Positions 25,940-38,950 of a DNA stretch of 64,000 bases are shown in pieces. The stretch's first letter is position 1. Each line of letters starts with the position of its first letter. The translations under genes and the position numbers were made by a program. The stretch is from assembly GCF_001194135.2 (NCBI RefSeq), contig NC_068989.1:94314659-94378658 (forward strand), given 5' to 3'. The notes under the pieces were generated by a model, which saw only the letters and a list, made by a program, of their open reading frames with translations, ran no database searches and was not told the DNA's origin. Origin of the DNA: Octopus bimaculoides. Lineage: Eukaryota.

Positions 25940-27600
25940 TACCATGTGTTCTCTTGAGTGGAGGCCAAGGACTGCTTTGCTTCGTGCCTCAAAACAACAA
26001 TGCCAGGTAAGGTTTCCATTCAGAGGAGCAGCGCTTTGCCATCGTGCTTCAAGGCTTGCACGAAGTTGGTTCCGGTGTTAGAGTCGATTTTCTCAAACCT
26101 TTGAAGTAAGGAGAAGCAGGACTGGTGCCAGGTTCCAACAGGCTCCCAATTATATTTCTGTAAATCATATTATACTTACAAAGCTTTAGTCGACAAGAGA
26201 TTACACGGAAGATAATTACCCAACGTGCTGTCTGATCACACCATAATTCACGTAATCGAGAAGCGAACTACTTAGCCGTGCTCACTCTCATCAGGCACAT
26301 GGTGCATTTCCCGTTCAAAATGTTTTGTAACATTTCATATTATCATACGTTACTAGCATGGTGCAATTAAATTACATCTCACATTCACCTGTTTCATGAG
26401 CATATTAATACCTTTATTCTAGTCGTTAACGATTACTTGTATTGTATTGAACGTAACTCCGACATTGCAAATCGTTTTGCAAAGGTCTACTATAATAACT
26501 TTCTGTTGCTCTCAGCAAGCATCAAAATACAATATGCATGTACAGATATATTATCCATGAAAAGACGAACCTCGCTTCTAGAATGTTTGCAATGTTTACC
26601 TACTCTGATGGTGCTTTATCCATTCTTGATAATAATATTGATCAAAACATTTTCCCACGAATAAAACAATATGCAGTTTGAAATTTTGAATTTATATGGA
26701 AGTACAAGTGCATTATCACATTGTCCAAGGCGCATCAACGATTATATGTTTTCTAAATTGTTCAGTAATTACACGCCAAAATCGTCTCGTCAACTTTATG
26801 TTTATATACATTATATCAAGGAGCACATTTTCCTTTTTTTTAAATTCTAGTACAATATAATTAGAAGAACAATATCGTGTGTACTTTTGTTTTCAGATCA
26901 TACAATGTAATTTGAAGAGTTAGTTAACGCTTGCTTGAAGTCCAGCTACAAGTCAGATGTACCATCATTGCCTGGGAGTACTTTGTCAAGCTTAAATGTG
27001 TTTACATTGTTCTATTTCAGCCTGTGATTTCGAAGACAAAGAAGTGAATTAAAGAATATATTGCATAATTGGCCTCTATAGTACAAAAACGACATTCATG
27101 TCATTTCACATATTGACAAGCATCTAATCACATCATATATTTTCGAGACGTACCAGAGCATGTATGCATGTCAACTGAAGCATGTATCACACGTTATTAA
27201 AACATCAGATGTCTTATATTAGTACAATTACTTTCTAGAAACTGTATATATATTGTGTAAAACCGCTCTCTGCTGGTGTTTTCCAATGAAACATTTACAT
27301 AAGAATTTCATAGAGAATAGGTTACAGAACTACATACAGTACATGCTTCATACGCACCAGCATACACATATATGAGTGAAATCACTGATTGCATGGATAC
27401 AGTAAAATAATCTTATACAAGATTGTACCTCTCTCGAATTAGTTACACACTGCATGTCTGAATCAACACAATTTGCTCTATGTTAAAACGTCGTTGTTTT
27501 TGGGCAGTATAATTGGATATTATTGTTTACAGTGGAATAATTGATTAGATTTCCAGTAGATGTGTTTATTTCGAAGAATTTCTCATAAATCTTACATTAA
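25940..27600 (-). pseudogene. RAPGEF2: RAPGEF2/6-like decayed copy D (CNB, REM, PDZ)
   Basis: EMT*MS..RGQLCNIFF ~ NMTMSVRRELCAVMVF; VLPGNDG ~ IVLNDG; NIIIKNG ~ HIVIKG; NRKLL** (26481-26513; TAG TAG where EW is expected) ~ GKKLLEW; CLMRVSTAK*FASRLREL ~ RLLNIACAAKAKRRLMTL; YLPCNLLS ~ PLPFILLG; NTGTNFVQALKHDGKALLL ~ VNGQNFENIQLSKAMEIL. Confidence 0.75.
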
Positions 27601-28914
27601 AGCTGCCCAGCCTGTTTACGTATCATCACGGAATGGTAACGAAAACATCTCTGTAATTTATAATCGAATAAACAAACAGTCAAATAGTATCCAACTTCAG
27701 AAATCGACTAAAGTAAACACGTCTTTGGTTATGTTTTATATTTCTCGACTTTCAGTTGTGTATGGCCATAAACAGTGATAAATCAATAAATATGAAATAC
27801 CATTAATCTTTCAAAACCCTTCCCATAATTCGCAGGAAAATACACACACACACACACAAAAAAAATCACACACACGCACACACAAGCACGCAATAGTGTT
27901 CCTTCGCGGAGAACTAATTTTTACTCAATACTTTCAAGATTTTGTTGTCAGTAAAAACATAAATATATGAGATATAATACACATCTCTTTCCTGATTCCT
28001 TTTATCTTACCAACCAATCTTGACACTCTTGCATTAGGACAAACTATCCAATCTTCATCAGATATTTTATATTTGATTCTTATTTATATTCTGCACAGCT
28101 CTATTTAATTTGGTGACATTTATACCAAAAATCTATTGTTGCATTCGAGGAAATCAGTCCCTGATCTCACTCCTCTCTGATGTTCCTCGAAACTGTCACC
28201 TTTCTTCCTACCTTAATTTCTACCTTCCATGAATCAGGCAAGGAAACAAATTCTATACTTCTTGTTTTCTTCCCGTAATACAAATCCCATACATTTTGTT
28301 CGGGACTCAAAACTTAGCTTCAGAATGTGAATCGGGTGCATGATTCAAATATAGTTTACCATGGCTAAACTAGGAAATAAAATTAACATTGCGAAAGGTT
28401 AAATACAATAGAGATTTAAAGAAAACAAGAAATAGTTTATATTATTTATTAAGTGGTGTCATTTTACTTCTCTCCCTGTATTATCCAGCCACCTTTTTGC
28501 AATATTACCTGTTCATGTTGTTTGTAAAATATTGATTTTCGTTGCGACAAAAAAGTTTGTTTTGACAGAGGCATTGATTCTGGCATAGATTCCAGACGTT
28601 CCGTACCAACACTAATAGAGGTAAATACATTTTACAGTGGCAAATTGTTAACAGGAGCAATATTTGATGGAGCAGTCAATACTATGTTAATGTATTCAGT
28701 GGATTTGTCTTCTTCCTTCCTCGTATTTAATACACTTATATGTTGACTAATAATAATACAAATAATTTCAAATGGAAATTTAAAGCATCTGATTTAAAGA
28801 AAATCTAAAATCTCAGAATCATTTGCCTATAGAAGTCTTGCGTAAAAACGTCAACAAGAATGCTCCCGATTTAGGTATCATGAACCAGTTGTATATCAAA
28901 TACATGAAATGTAG

Positions 28915-31110
28915 TTAAGTACAGAAGACACGATGGCGGCTACTCAAAAAGTGGCGACATGCCAAGAAGATTGTTACGATTGTGTTCGTCACAGATGAGA
29001 TACTGAAAGATTTTAGGTCAATATCATTCTTCCAAGTGTTCCATTTTGTCTGATATGGCACGCATATGTTTCGAATACAGAGAAAAAGAAGCAAATAAAA
29101 GAGAGTATGCTTACCTCCTGATTTATCTCTGGCTACCACTGTGGTTCGCTTCTACTTGGTTTAATCAATAGCTTTCCAGATATAAGGTGACACGTTTGTG
29201 ATGCCTAATGTTGTGTCCAGTTATAAACTGATCGTTTTCTCGTTCCTTCTTAATTTCACATATTTCTGATGTGCTTCGAAATTACAACCAATAATTACAA
29301 ATACCGTATTAGGTTGCGGAATTGATTGATTATCGCTGACGACTGCTCGATCTCTGATTTTCAATTTGTGTTCCACTGAACTTCCTTGCTCGGCACTGAT
29401 TTTCATGGTGTCCACGTCATTTGCACACTGAACACTTGCGCGTCTTCTATGGACACCACCGAACGTAATTTCATTCACTACGACGCCAGCAGACTGATGC
29501 TGGGTTTCATTTCTCAGTGCCTACTAGATATGGAGACATCCGGGAAGTTATTCTCGTGATATTAAAGCTTTACGTGGATGGTAAGTGCTCCAATGTGTGT
29601 TGTGCTTAAGACGTGGCAGGTATTGGCACTCATGTGTAATTGCTTGCATGGTCATTTCTGGAGATTGTCCAGTTTTGTTCAATAATCGAATACGCTCGTC
29701 AGTGTTGGTATGTGACTGTAAGCTGCAAATAAAAATTAAGCATTTAAAATGGTCTTCTTTCATGATCGGTAACGTGAACTGTTTCCATTCGAAATCGACT
29801 GAGTAATATAATCATATTTCAGCCTAACCAGTTTCACATACTGATATCGAATACTGAACAACGATAAACGCTCGTCAAAGATCTCTGGCTGTTATTGGGC
29901 GGTTTGGTCCAAAGTTAAATTTCTTGCATTTTTGGGTAGAATGAAATATCATATGCAATCTCAGGTACCAAGTTTCCTCAAGAGGAACTGGGTTCGTCAT
30001 GCATTTCTTGGGGCTTCAGTTCGATTTGAAAAGACATCGAATCCATTGAATCATAAAGGGGAAATCAACAGGGTCATAACAGAACCCCGTGATGCAATTA
30101 TAATCGTGTCAATGAAAACTGAATCAGTGACTTAAAGAATAACACACCATTCACTTGGTCGAGTTCTCGACTAGTAGCACTTGAGCCGCTTCAATATGAG
30201 ATAGTTGCTGCTTCAAAACTGTTCCCAATTATTCAGCAGTCATCGCTAGGTTGACTGGATTTCCGGTCAGGAATTTCTTAATATATTTTTGTATGTTCCT
30301 TACACGCAAATCCACATTTTTTTATAAAATGAATTGCAAAGTAACTATAAATTTACAGTTACATTGCAGATGATTAGCATCATATACTTAGTAACTTCGA
30401 CTAATCTCATCTTTGATGCTAAATTTGTTGTTTATTGGTGAAAGGAGGGCTCTCTTACTAATGAGAAACTAATCAAGAAACAGCATACAAAACTGTATAA
30501 GCAATACAAGGAAGTTACAAAAGTTAGTAGAAAAGTTCTCGCAGAAAAAACATATTCTTGTTTTTTTTTTTATTGTTTGGGTTAGTACGTCTATTTATTT
30601 ATTTATTTATTTATTGTTTAACTTTTCACTTCTAGTGCAGTAGGAGTATAGAATGCTCAATCCGAAACATCGATGGTTCAAATTCATGCGACAAGGCCAC
30701 AATCAGTAAATCCCATTATTTTGTTTTACTAATAACATAACAAATTTCGCTTCTTGTCTCCGTTCAAATTTACTTTCGTTATAAACGTTAAGCCATACAA
30801 ATAACGTATAACGTTATTTGTATGTTCATGTATCTTTAATTCAATGGTGTAATGTAATGACTAAGATATTTTAAAGAAAGAAGTACAATTAACAAAAAAT
30901 AGTGACACAAATAAGATGCAATGTGGTAACAAAAATAAAAGGAAACAAGAAAAACAACGATCGTCTGTCCAAATTGATGACGATTATAAAATCTCAATCT
31001 TTTTTTTTTTCAGGAAATTCTGCTTGCATTATAAAATGTTACAGTACATTCCATTTCTATATAACCACATTGTATTGTACAAGTTAAATGGAACAATATT
31101 GTACCTGAGT
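28915..31110 (-). pseudogene. RAPGEF2: RAPGEF2/6-like decayed copy A (CNB, REM, PDZ, RA, RasGEF)
   Basis: SGTILF ~ AGTIVL (~31.1 kb); TNFCNF..MLFLD*F ~ NHFNDF..MTRFLEEF; ASKMRLVEVTK ~ AKAKRRLMTLTK; GNSFE / LSHIEAAQVL (PDZ); ISRE*LPGCL ~ IKQRRLPDQL (RA); VVNEI..RRRASV ~ VASEI..KRMKI; PNTVFVIIG..VKLRR ~ FNSMFAIISG..VARLRT (RasGEF). Confidence 0.75.
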
Positions 31111-31484
31111 TAAAGTACTCCAATGCAACTAAAACTAAAAACACAAAAGATAACAATATCGAATGGGATTTTATGTGTACAATAACAATAGATTCTAATT
31201 GTAAATGAAATTGAATTGATCATTGTAAAAGAAAAAATAACTTAATTATACTGCCATGGTTTTGCGTGAATAAAATTATAGTGACAACCGTTGAAATAAC
31301 ATAATATTTATCATAGGTCTTTGTAATTTACTATTTGTAACTTTACAAATGACTAAGGCTGATATGATATTTTTTATTCAGATCAACGTAGGATATTGTA
31401 CAATTCGTTTTCTTTTTGTTCTCAATTATACGTTCTCTGGTGGAATATAAAAGATGTGTGCGTGTGTATGGATTTATTTTCCCC

Positions 31485-31515
<31 letters not shown>

Positions 31516-31619
31516 ATCGTACTTCTACTCTTTTCCTTCTGTGAGTGTCTTAATGATGCATTGCTTGTACCACGCCAAAACGTTTGTTTGCTTTTTTCTT
31601 ATTCTGTTTTTTAATTGAC

Positions 31620-31663
<44 letters not shown>

Positions 31664-32443
31664 CACAAATGGATATATATATATATATGTACAGTGGGAG
31701 AGAGGGCGAGAGGGAGAGAGAGAGGGAGAGAGAGAGGGAGAGAGAGGAAGANNNNNNNNNNNNNNNNNNNNNNNNNNNNNNNNNNNNNNNNNNNNNNNNN
31801 NNNNNNNNNNNNNNNNNNNNNNNNNNNNNNNNNNNNNNNNNNNNNNNNNNNNNNNNNNNNNNNNNNNNNNNNNNNNNNNNNNNNNNNNNNNNNNNNNNNN
31901 NNNNNNNNNNNNNNNNNNNNNNNNNNNNNNNNNNNNNNNNNNNNNNNNNNNNNNNNNNNNNNNNNNNNNNNNNNNNNNNNNNNNNNNNNNNNNNNNNNNN
32001 NNNNNNNNNNNNNNNNNNNNNNNNNNNNNNNNNNNNNNNNNNNNNNNNNNNNNNNNNNNNNNNNNNNNNNNNNNNNNNNNNNNNNNNNNNNNNNNNNNNN
32101 NNNNNNNNNNNNNNNNNNNNNNNNNNNNNNNNNNNNNNNNNNNNNNNNNNNNNNNNNNNNNNNNNNNNNNNNNNNNNNNNNNNNNNNNNNNNNNNNNNNN
32201 NNNNNNNNNNNNNNNNNNNNNNNNNNNNNNNNNNNNNNNNNNNNNNNNNNNNNNNNNNNNNNNNNNNNNNNNNNNNNNNNNNNNNNNNNNNNNNNNNNNN
32301 NNNNNNNNNNNNNNNNNNNNNNNNNAGAGAGAGAGAGAGAGAGAGATACACAAATGGATATATATATATATATGTATATGTATATAAATATACACCCATT
32401 TCCATCTAATAATGAATCATTAGCTCATTAGAATTATGTTTAA

Positions 32444-33073
32444 TTACTCTGTACTGCTGCGTTGTTGGCTAGGAGAATAATAGACAAAGTAGAGCTGAAT
32501 AATAAATAGGTGGGCTACAGATCTACAAAAAAGATTCAAATTCGGGCATGCCACATTGATAACATAACAAATTATATATTGAATGAAACGGAAATTGTTT
32601 CTATGAACGCCATCACGAACACTTATCCAAATCTCACTGCACAAGTGGTTTTTGACTATTTTCTTTTTCCATCATTTAAAAGGAAATGGATTGAAAGGAA
32701 AATTAGAATGTGTTTCCTAATTTTGGAATATATTTTGTTTCTTTATTTTGATGGAAGCCTAGGTTTATGTTAAGAACTGGTTTCTGATGCGTGTTAACGA
32801 AGAGAAAACCAATGGCTAGCATGCAAAGTCCAATGAGTTTCTATGGGCAGTGTTATCGACTGAAAACTATGTAGCGTGCGTGTAATAAAGAAAGAACAAA
32901 TAGGACTTTATGAATAGACTACTGGAGCAGAATTTACGCCAGTTATATGCTGAATTACACAATCTTTCTTCTTGCAAGGTTAATAACCATTTTTGAATTA
33001 AATACTCTATTATAATAACTTTGGAGGAGAGAAACATAGATAAAGAGAAGACAAAGAATCTAACTAATATCAA
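32444..33073 (-). pseudogene. RAPGEF2/6-like fragment H (REM + PDZ)
   Basis: SMFLSSKVIIIEYLIQKWL ~ RTFLSSPMEVGKKLLEWF; LDFAC ~ LNIAC; VHRNNFRFIQ ~ VNGQNFENIQ. Fewer anchors than other copies. Confidence 0.45.
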
Positions 33074-34967
33074 TAAGTAAAAGCAGGAAACAAAATATAA
33101 AGATATGTACGAAAACAGAGTTAAAGAAGCAAAACCCGAGCTCGAAGTGAAGATTGTAATGAAAATAATTATTTGCAGAAAAAGAAGATAAAAAAAAGTT
33201 TAATGTTGCTTGATAGAGAATAGATGAAAGGGTAAAACGAGATATATAATGAAGGTTAGTGTTAGTGGAAGATCAGGCTAAAACTCCGTTGAATTTACTG
33301 GAGTGTAAAAAAACCAATAAATAGACGTACAAGAATACATATACATAAACATTTAACGACCCACACAAACGCATAAGCACATTCGTATTCTGCAGACGGG
33401 AACACACATATATCCATATCCACACATACGCATAGTAACCAATGAAATGCAAATTTGGTTAGCGTGTCTATCAGCGTTTCAACTTAAGATATTTTCCAAA
33501 ATAAAAGCTAGTAAGACCATATTCCGATTATTGCTTCGCAAAAAACAAAATAGGAAAAAGAATGACGTTAAAGTCGAAAATACAGATGGCTTCCAAATGA
33601 ATAATTGATTTATAATAGATTATATATTAATGATATATAATTTTAAGAATAACGACAACACATTGGAGGATTTTATCTTCGATTAATTATACAATGATAT
33701 ATGATAGCTTTTGTATAGTGGTTTAGAATTTGTAATGATTTAATTTGAGTCAAACCCTCGTATTAAGAGTTAAATGTATTATTATACGGTAATATGCATC
33801 GAGGGAGCTTACTTTTGTAAAGTATATATATCATATTGTAAAGTATATATAATATATATGATATTCATCAAAGAATGAATATTTTGCATGCTATGCCCAT
33901 GCATGCTTAGGGCTAACAACCGCTCTATATAGAGGCTTACCACCGATATCTTTCACAAATTAATGTAGTTACACATCATACTTTTGAGTGCTCAATATTT
34001 TGTTAAAAACCTAAATGCATGCACACGTTCATATATACATGAGTGTGTGTGTATTTGCACATGTATGTGTGAGTTTGTCACTGTTAAAAGGAGAGTAGTT
34101 TGCTCCACTAAGTATTACGAAATTCTTCCAAACTCGGTGTCTTCAAATTTCCAGATACTAATTCGAAAACATGGTATAAAGTAAATATATATATATATAT
34201 ATATATATATANNNNNNNNNNNNNNNNNNNNNNNNNNNNNNNNNNNNNNNNNNNNNNNNNNNNNNNTATATATATGCGTAAATGTCGAACGATGAAAATG
34301 AGTGCTCAACCCTGCAACACTGCATTGGTGGGTATAATTTCTTTATTTGTGAACTAAGGCTACTATTGGTTTCATGTTAAGAAAAGTAGGAAAAAAGACA
34401 AACATCTTAGTTCTATTGATTTTTATAATCATCTAACTATTCCTAGGTGATTGTATATATTATAAAAGAACATTAAACGCACGTATAGTAATTGCATATA
34501 ACGTTCAAATGCCCAAATGATGAAATCGAGATATTAAAGAGAATTAGAGCTATAAAAAATGTAATTCCCTTTAGCATGTAACGGTAGTATACCCCATGAG
34601 CGACAGCGTTGACTGAACCGAGATTTAAACCAAGATATTTATTCGGTATAGGAGTATTGAACCCGTGTATGGCAGCTTTAATTTAGCACGGATTTTGACA
34701 CATCTGGCTTGTCTTGTGTGGCCTTAGTGAAGTTCACACTGTTGCATGTATACAGGCTCAGTATCCAGTTTGTAGATAACTCTTTATGTTCTTCCCGACT
34801 TGGTTTCCTTGACGAACTTAATGGATCATACACGTAGCCTTTGTGTTGCTGAATACTATCTTCATGCTGAACATCAAGCTATTGCGCATGTTTACTTTAC
34901 AGACATCCAAACCACATGTGAAATAGAACGGCGCCCAACTAAATGAATATTATTAGAGACACACGCG

Positions 34968-35085
34968 GTCGTCTTTGTCTTTCATCCTTTAGGGGTTCAT
35001 GAAATAAATACCAGTTACACACTGGAGTCCATGTAACCCCTCCCCCCGAATTCCAGTCCTTGTGCTTGTAATACAAAGGATTATT
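34968..35085 (+). mobile_element. SINE family 1, 3' fragment
   Basis: ctttcatcctttaggggt..aaataaataccagttacacactggagtc..ccttgtgc. Confidence 0.7.
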
Positions 35086-35884
35086 AGAGACACACACAGT
35101 GAAACTGAGGACTCGATTGCTTAATGAGAAACATTATCATGGAAACAGGCGTTTACAAGAAGCGTTTACAAGACAGTGAGATTACAAACGACTGAAGATA
35201 TCTGATTTCAAATGCACTTGAAATACTATCTATAACCAACAATATTCTTCAAATAACCGAACTTGTCTTACAATGATATTAAACAATAACAACTCCTGAT
35301 GTATCATATGTGTCAAATTTAGTTCGTTATAAAATTTGAATAATTAATCAGTGTTGTATAATGCTTAATAATTATTCTTTAATTCCTTCTATTATTTCTG
35401 TACCCTATAATGTATTTATTTACTTATTCTGTTTGTCTATCTGCCTGTCTCTCTCACCTCTCTCTCACTTCTCCCTCTCTCTTTCGCTGTCTCTCTCTAT
35501 CACTCAATCTATCTATCTATCTCTCCCCACGAGGATGTCTAATGGTATCAAGACATATCCGTCCTGAACATTTGCTTGGGACGAAATGAAGTATTTGTTG
35601 CAAGCATTAAACCCGCAAACCAATGATCTTACTAATTTCACTGATTTTACTGAAATCGCAAGAATTACGTGTATAATCCCAAGGATGCACACATGTTAAC
35701 ATGTTGTTTTAGATATACTCTTACGAAGGCAATAATAGCCACGATATTATCATTAAATAACAAGAGATTAAAAAGAAATATGCATAAATTACGTAAATAA
35801 TTGAGCTTCTACTACTTATACTTACAAAACGATTTAAACCTCTTTACTATTTCCACATTTGTCTGATATGTAATACACCAAACA

Positions 35885-36002
35885 ATGCTACGATTTTACT
35901 TGTTTGTTGTCAACAAAGTTTCGGTTGATATACCATCCAGCCTTCTTCAGGTGTCTTGCGAAAATTTCGAACCTGGGTTCTCATTCCTAAGGTATTTTTT
36001 GA

Positions 36003-36079
<77 letters not shown>

Positions 36080-36080
36080 T
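35885..36080 (-). mobile_element. (AAT)n + hammerhead-bearing Penelope-type tail (SINE family 4, no tRNA head seen)
   Basis: About 105 bp nearly identical to the reverse complement of 37560-37670; minus strand reads gacacCTGAAGAaggctggatggtatatcaaccGAAActttgtt. Confidence 0.8.
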
Positions 36081-36210
36081 TACTATTATTGTCACATTTG
36101 TAAGGCACAACATTTATAACTGTTACTCGCCAGCAAATGGAACATGTATTTAATTAATATGAATAAGTCATAACAGGATGTTGTAAAAGATTCTCATATT
36201 TAGTTATATT

Positions 36211-36430
36211 AAGGCGGTGGGGCTGGCAGAATCAGTAACACGCTGGCCAAACTGCTTAGCAATATTTCGTCCATTTTCACGTTCTAAGTTCAATTTACGC
36301 CGAGGTCAACTATATCTTTCATCCTTTAGGGGTCGATAAAATAAGTACCAGTCGAGTACTGGGGTTGATGAAATCGACTTATCACCAGACTCGAAATTGC
36401 TGGCCTTGTACTAAAATTTGAAGCCAATAT
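36211..36430 (+). mobile_element. tRNA-derived SINE, family 1, full length
   Basis: aaggcggtggggctggcagaatc ... gtcgataaaataagtaccagt ... ggccttgtactaaaatttgaagccaata. Confidence 0.85.
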
Positions 36431-37139
36431 TTGGTTACATTACATTATTTTCTAATTTTAAACGATTCAATGATTAACTTTACATTTCATTCTCCGTGGT
36501 TCAAGTTTCGGAATTGTACTTCTCTTTCTTGCAAGTCACTTAATCTGACACATTGCTTTTTATTAATGTTACAATTATACGGCGGAAGACAACTTATTCT
36601 AGCCTTGTAAGGACGCACGAAAACTGTTGTATTGTTCTATTATCCATAAAGTATGAAACATGCAATACTATAATGAAATAAACGTAAGTGAATATAAAAG
36701 ATTTTGCGTGTCTTCCGATAAATAATAACAAGGCTGTCCACCGATATAAAATTACTCCTCAGTTATTATAAACGCATGTACACGCCATGCTCTCTACTAG
36801 ATTCAATTAAGAAGGCTCCAGCTTAAACACTGTGAAATGATTCTGCTGAAGTTCTTTACATATAACTTTGTACAGTATAAGCGAATTATGCATCTTCGTT
36901 GAGCTATTAAACTAACGTGTAAATAGGTCCCATAGTTGCGAATATTTATCCATACAATTTTACACACCCTCACAAAAAAGCAAAAAAAAAAAAAAAAGAA
37001 ATAAACAGGCTTTAGAGACACGAGTGTATTTCCACATACACACACATTGGATTGAGATATCTTCGAACAGTTCAGATATTCACTTCAATATCAGTTCAGT
37101 TTCGATTTCACGGCAAGTATTTCTAGTATGTCCTAAACG

Positions 37140-37358
37140 GGAAATGTCTGGAAGAAAACTGTATGTATTTTACATTTCTATATTTAAGAGATGAGGAATT
37201 ATGTACATTATTTGCATTATTTACATTTGACAGATATTTGTCCTCATCTTGTTTGTTGTTAACACAATGTTTCGGCTGATATACCCTCCAGCCTTCATCA
37301 GGTGTCTTGGGGAAATTTCGAACTTGGGTTCTCATTCCTAAGGTATTTTTCGATGTTA

Positions 37359-37399
<41 letters not shown>

Positions 37400-37433
37400 G
37401 TTCGGGTCACTGCTTGGAATCGAACTCGGAATC
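37140..37433 (-). mobile_element. SINE family 4 copy: B-box half of tRNA head, (AAT)n, hammerhead-bearing tail
   Basis: Inverted partner of 37436-37720; contains the best-preserved hammerhead core. Confidence 0.8.
37261..37306 (-). ncRNA. Minimal type-I hammerhead ribozyme motif (Penelope pLTR type), probably weakened by mutation
   Basis: GACAC-CUGAUGA-A-GGCUG[GAGGGUAUAU]CAGCC-GAAA-CAUU-GUGUU: 5-bp stem I, 5-bp stem II, conserved core with one extra A; stem III reads ACAU instead of the palindromic ACGU. Confidence 0.7.
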
Positions 37434-37435
37434 AT

Positions 37436-37514
37436 ATGGCGTAGCGGTTAAGAGCGCGGGCTACTAACCCCAAGATTCCGAGTTCGATTCCAAGCAGTGA
37501 CCTGAACAATAATA

Positions 37515-37565
<51 letters not shown>

Positions 37566-37720
37566 TCAAAAAATACCTTAGGAATGAGAACCCAGGTTCG
37601 AAATTTTCGCAAGACACCTGAAGAGGGCTGGATGGTATATCAACCGAAACTTTGTTAACAACAAACAAGATAAGGACAAATATCCGTCGAATGTGTATAA
37701 AGTAAATAATATAGATAATG
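37436..37720 (+). mobile_element. SINE family 4, full structure: tRNA-like head + (AAT)n + hammerhead-bearing tail
   Basis: tggcgtagcggttaagagc (A box) ... gagttcgattcc (B box), ~20 AAT units, then ...gacacCTGAAGAgggctg...caaccGAAAc (37613-37656). Confidence 0.85.
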
Positions 37721-38109
37721 TGTATGTATTTTACTTCTAATTCACAAAGCAAGCATTTATGTGTCTATGAAACACTCTATTCAGTCGTCTACATCAAAAT
37801 GAAGCGTAAAGGTTTCACTTGTACAAATAACTTTGTTACAAATAGTCGAAAGTGATTGGAGCAATACTCAGCAAGACGCATGCCATATACAATGTAAGAA
37901 TCCAAGTAATTCCTCAGCAGAAGTTGTTATACAACATCAACACCCGCATACAACTACAATTTGTTCAAGACGCGAACCAAGATGATAATAGTAAATTGCA
38001 CGTCTCCATGTCACAGATCAATTATTTACTAGTTACGTTCCATGCTTACAAAGCATATCATGACATACTGTGCGCACACACACACACACACACACATACA
38101 CACACACAC

Positions 38110-38143
<34 letters not shown>

Positions 38144-38739
38144 NNNNNNNNNNNNNNNNNNNNNNNNNNNNNNNNNNNNNNNNNNNNNNNNNNNNNNNNN
38201 NNNNNNNNNNNNNNNNNNNNNNNNNNNNNNNNNNNNNNNNNNNNNNNNNNNNNNNNNNNNNNNNNNNNNNNNNNNNNNNNNNNNNNNNNNNNNNNNNNNN
38301 NNNNNNNNNNNNNNNNNNNNNNNNNNNNNNNNNNNNNNNNNNNNNNNNNNNNNNNNNNNNNNNNNNNNNNNNNNNNNNNNNNNNNNNNNNNNNNNNNNNN
38401 NNNNNNNNNNNNNNNNNNNNNNGCACTCTCACATATACTTATATATTGCGTTGCCTACGATATAGTGATCCTCTCCTTCCAGTGATTATAGAAACTTTTG
38501 ATTGTTTTTCGGTGCAAACAAAAATGGAACCTGTGATATTAAAATTTATGCGTTTCTTTTAATTGCCACCATAGATCGATAGCTTTATGGTATTCTTTTT
38601 AGCTGCCGATATAAAAATAGAGATAGGCAGTCAGTAAATGTTGCTGTTTGGTGTAGTTACTATTTTCAGTATTTCTGAAAAATTAAAAACCAGCTATGCT
38701 GTAGTTCATCATTTTATCACTGGCCAGACAATAATAGGA

Positions 38740-38950
38740 AAAGGCAGCGAGCTAGCAGAACCGTTAGCATGCCGGATAAAATGATTAACGATATTTTGTT
38801 TATGTTCACGTTGTAAATTCAAATTCGGCAGTAGTTGACTGGCTTTCATCCTTTCGGTGTCTATAAAAGTACCAGTTGAACACTCGTTATCGATGTAATC
38901 AACTTACACAACCCCGTCAAATTGCAGGCCTTGTACAAAAATTCGAACTT
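38740..38950 (+). mobile_element. tRNA-derived SINE, family 1
   Basis: aaggcagcgagctagcagaaccgttagc ... aaagtaccagttgaacact ... ggccttgtacaaaaattcgaa. Confidence 0.8.

Noticed and set aside
25689-26081. 130-aa plus-strand ORF resembling a signal peptide plus Cys-rich secreted peptide, with plausible splice sites at 25715 and 26006
   Set aside because: Its 3' part is the antisense frame of the PDZ region of RAPGEF copy D and it has no recognisable family; kept only as a possible antisense exon.
28569-28620. Candidate exon encoding GIDSGIDS, a beta-TrCP degron-like motif
   Set aside because: Only 52 bp, no supported host gene, and a chance match is likely.
37436-37500. Functional tRNA genes (also at 4497, 7070, 16909, 36211)
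   Set aside because: A and B boxes are present, but there is no complete acceptor stem and each continues into a SINE body.
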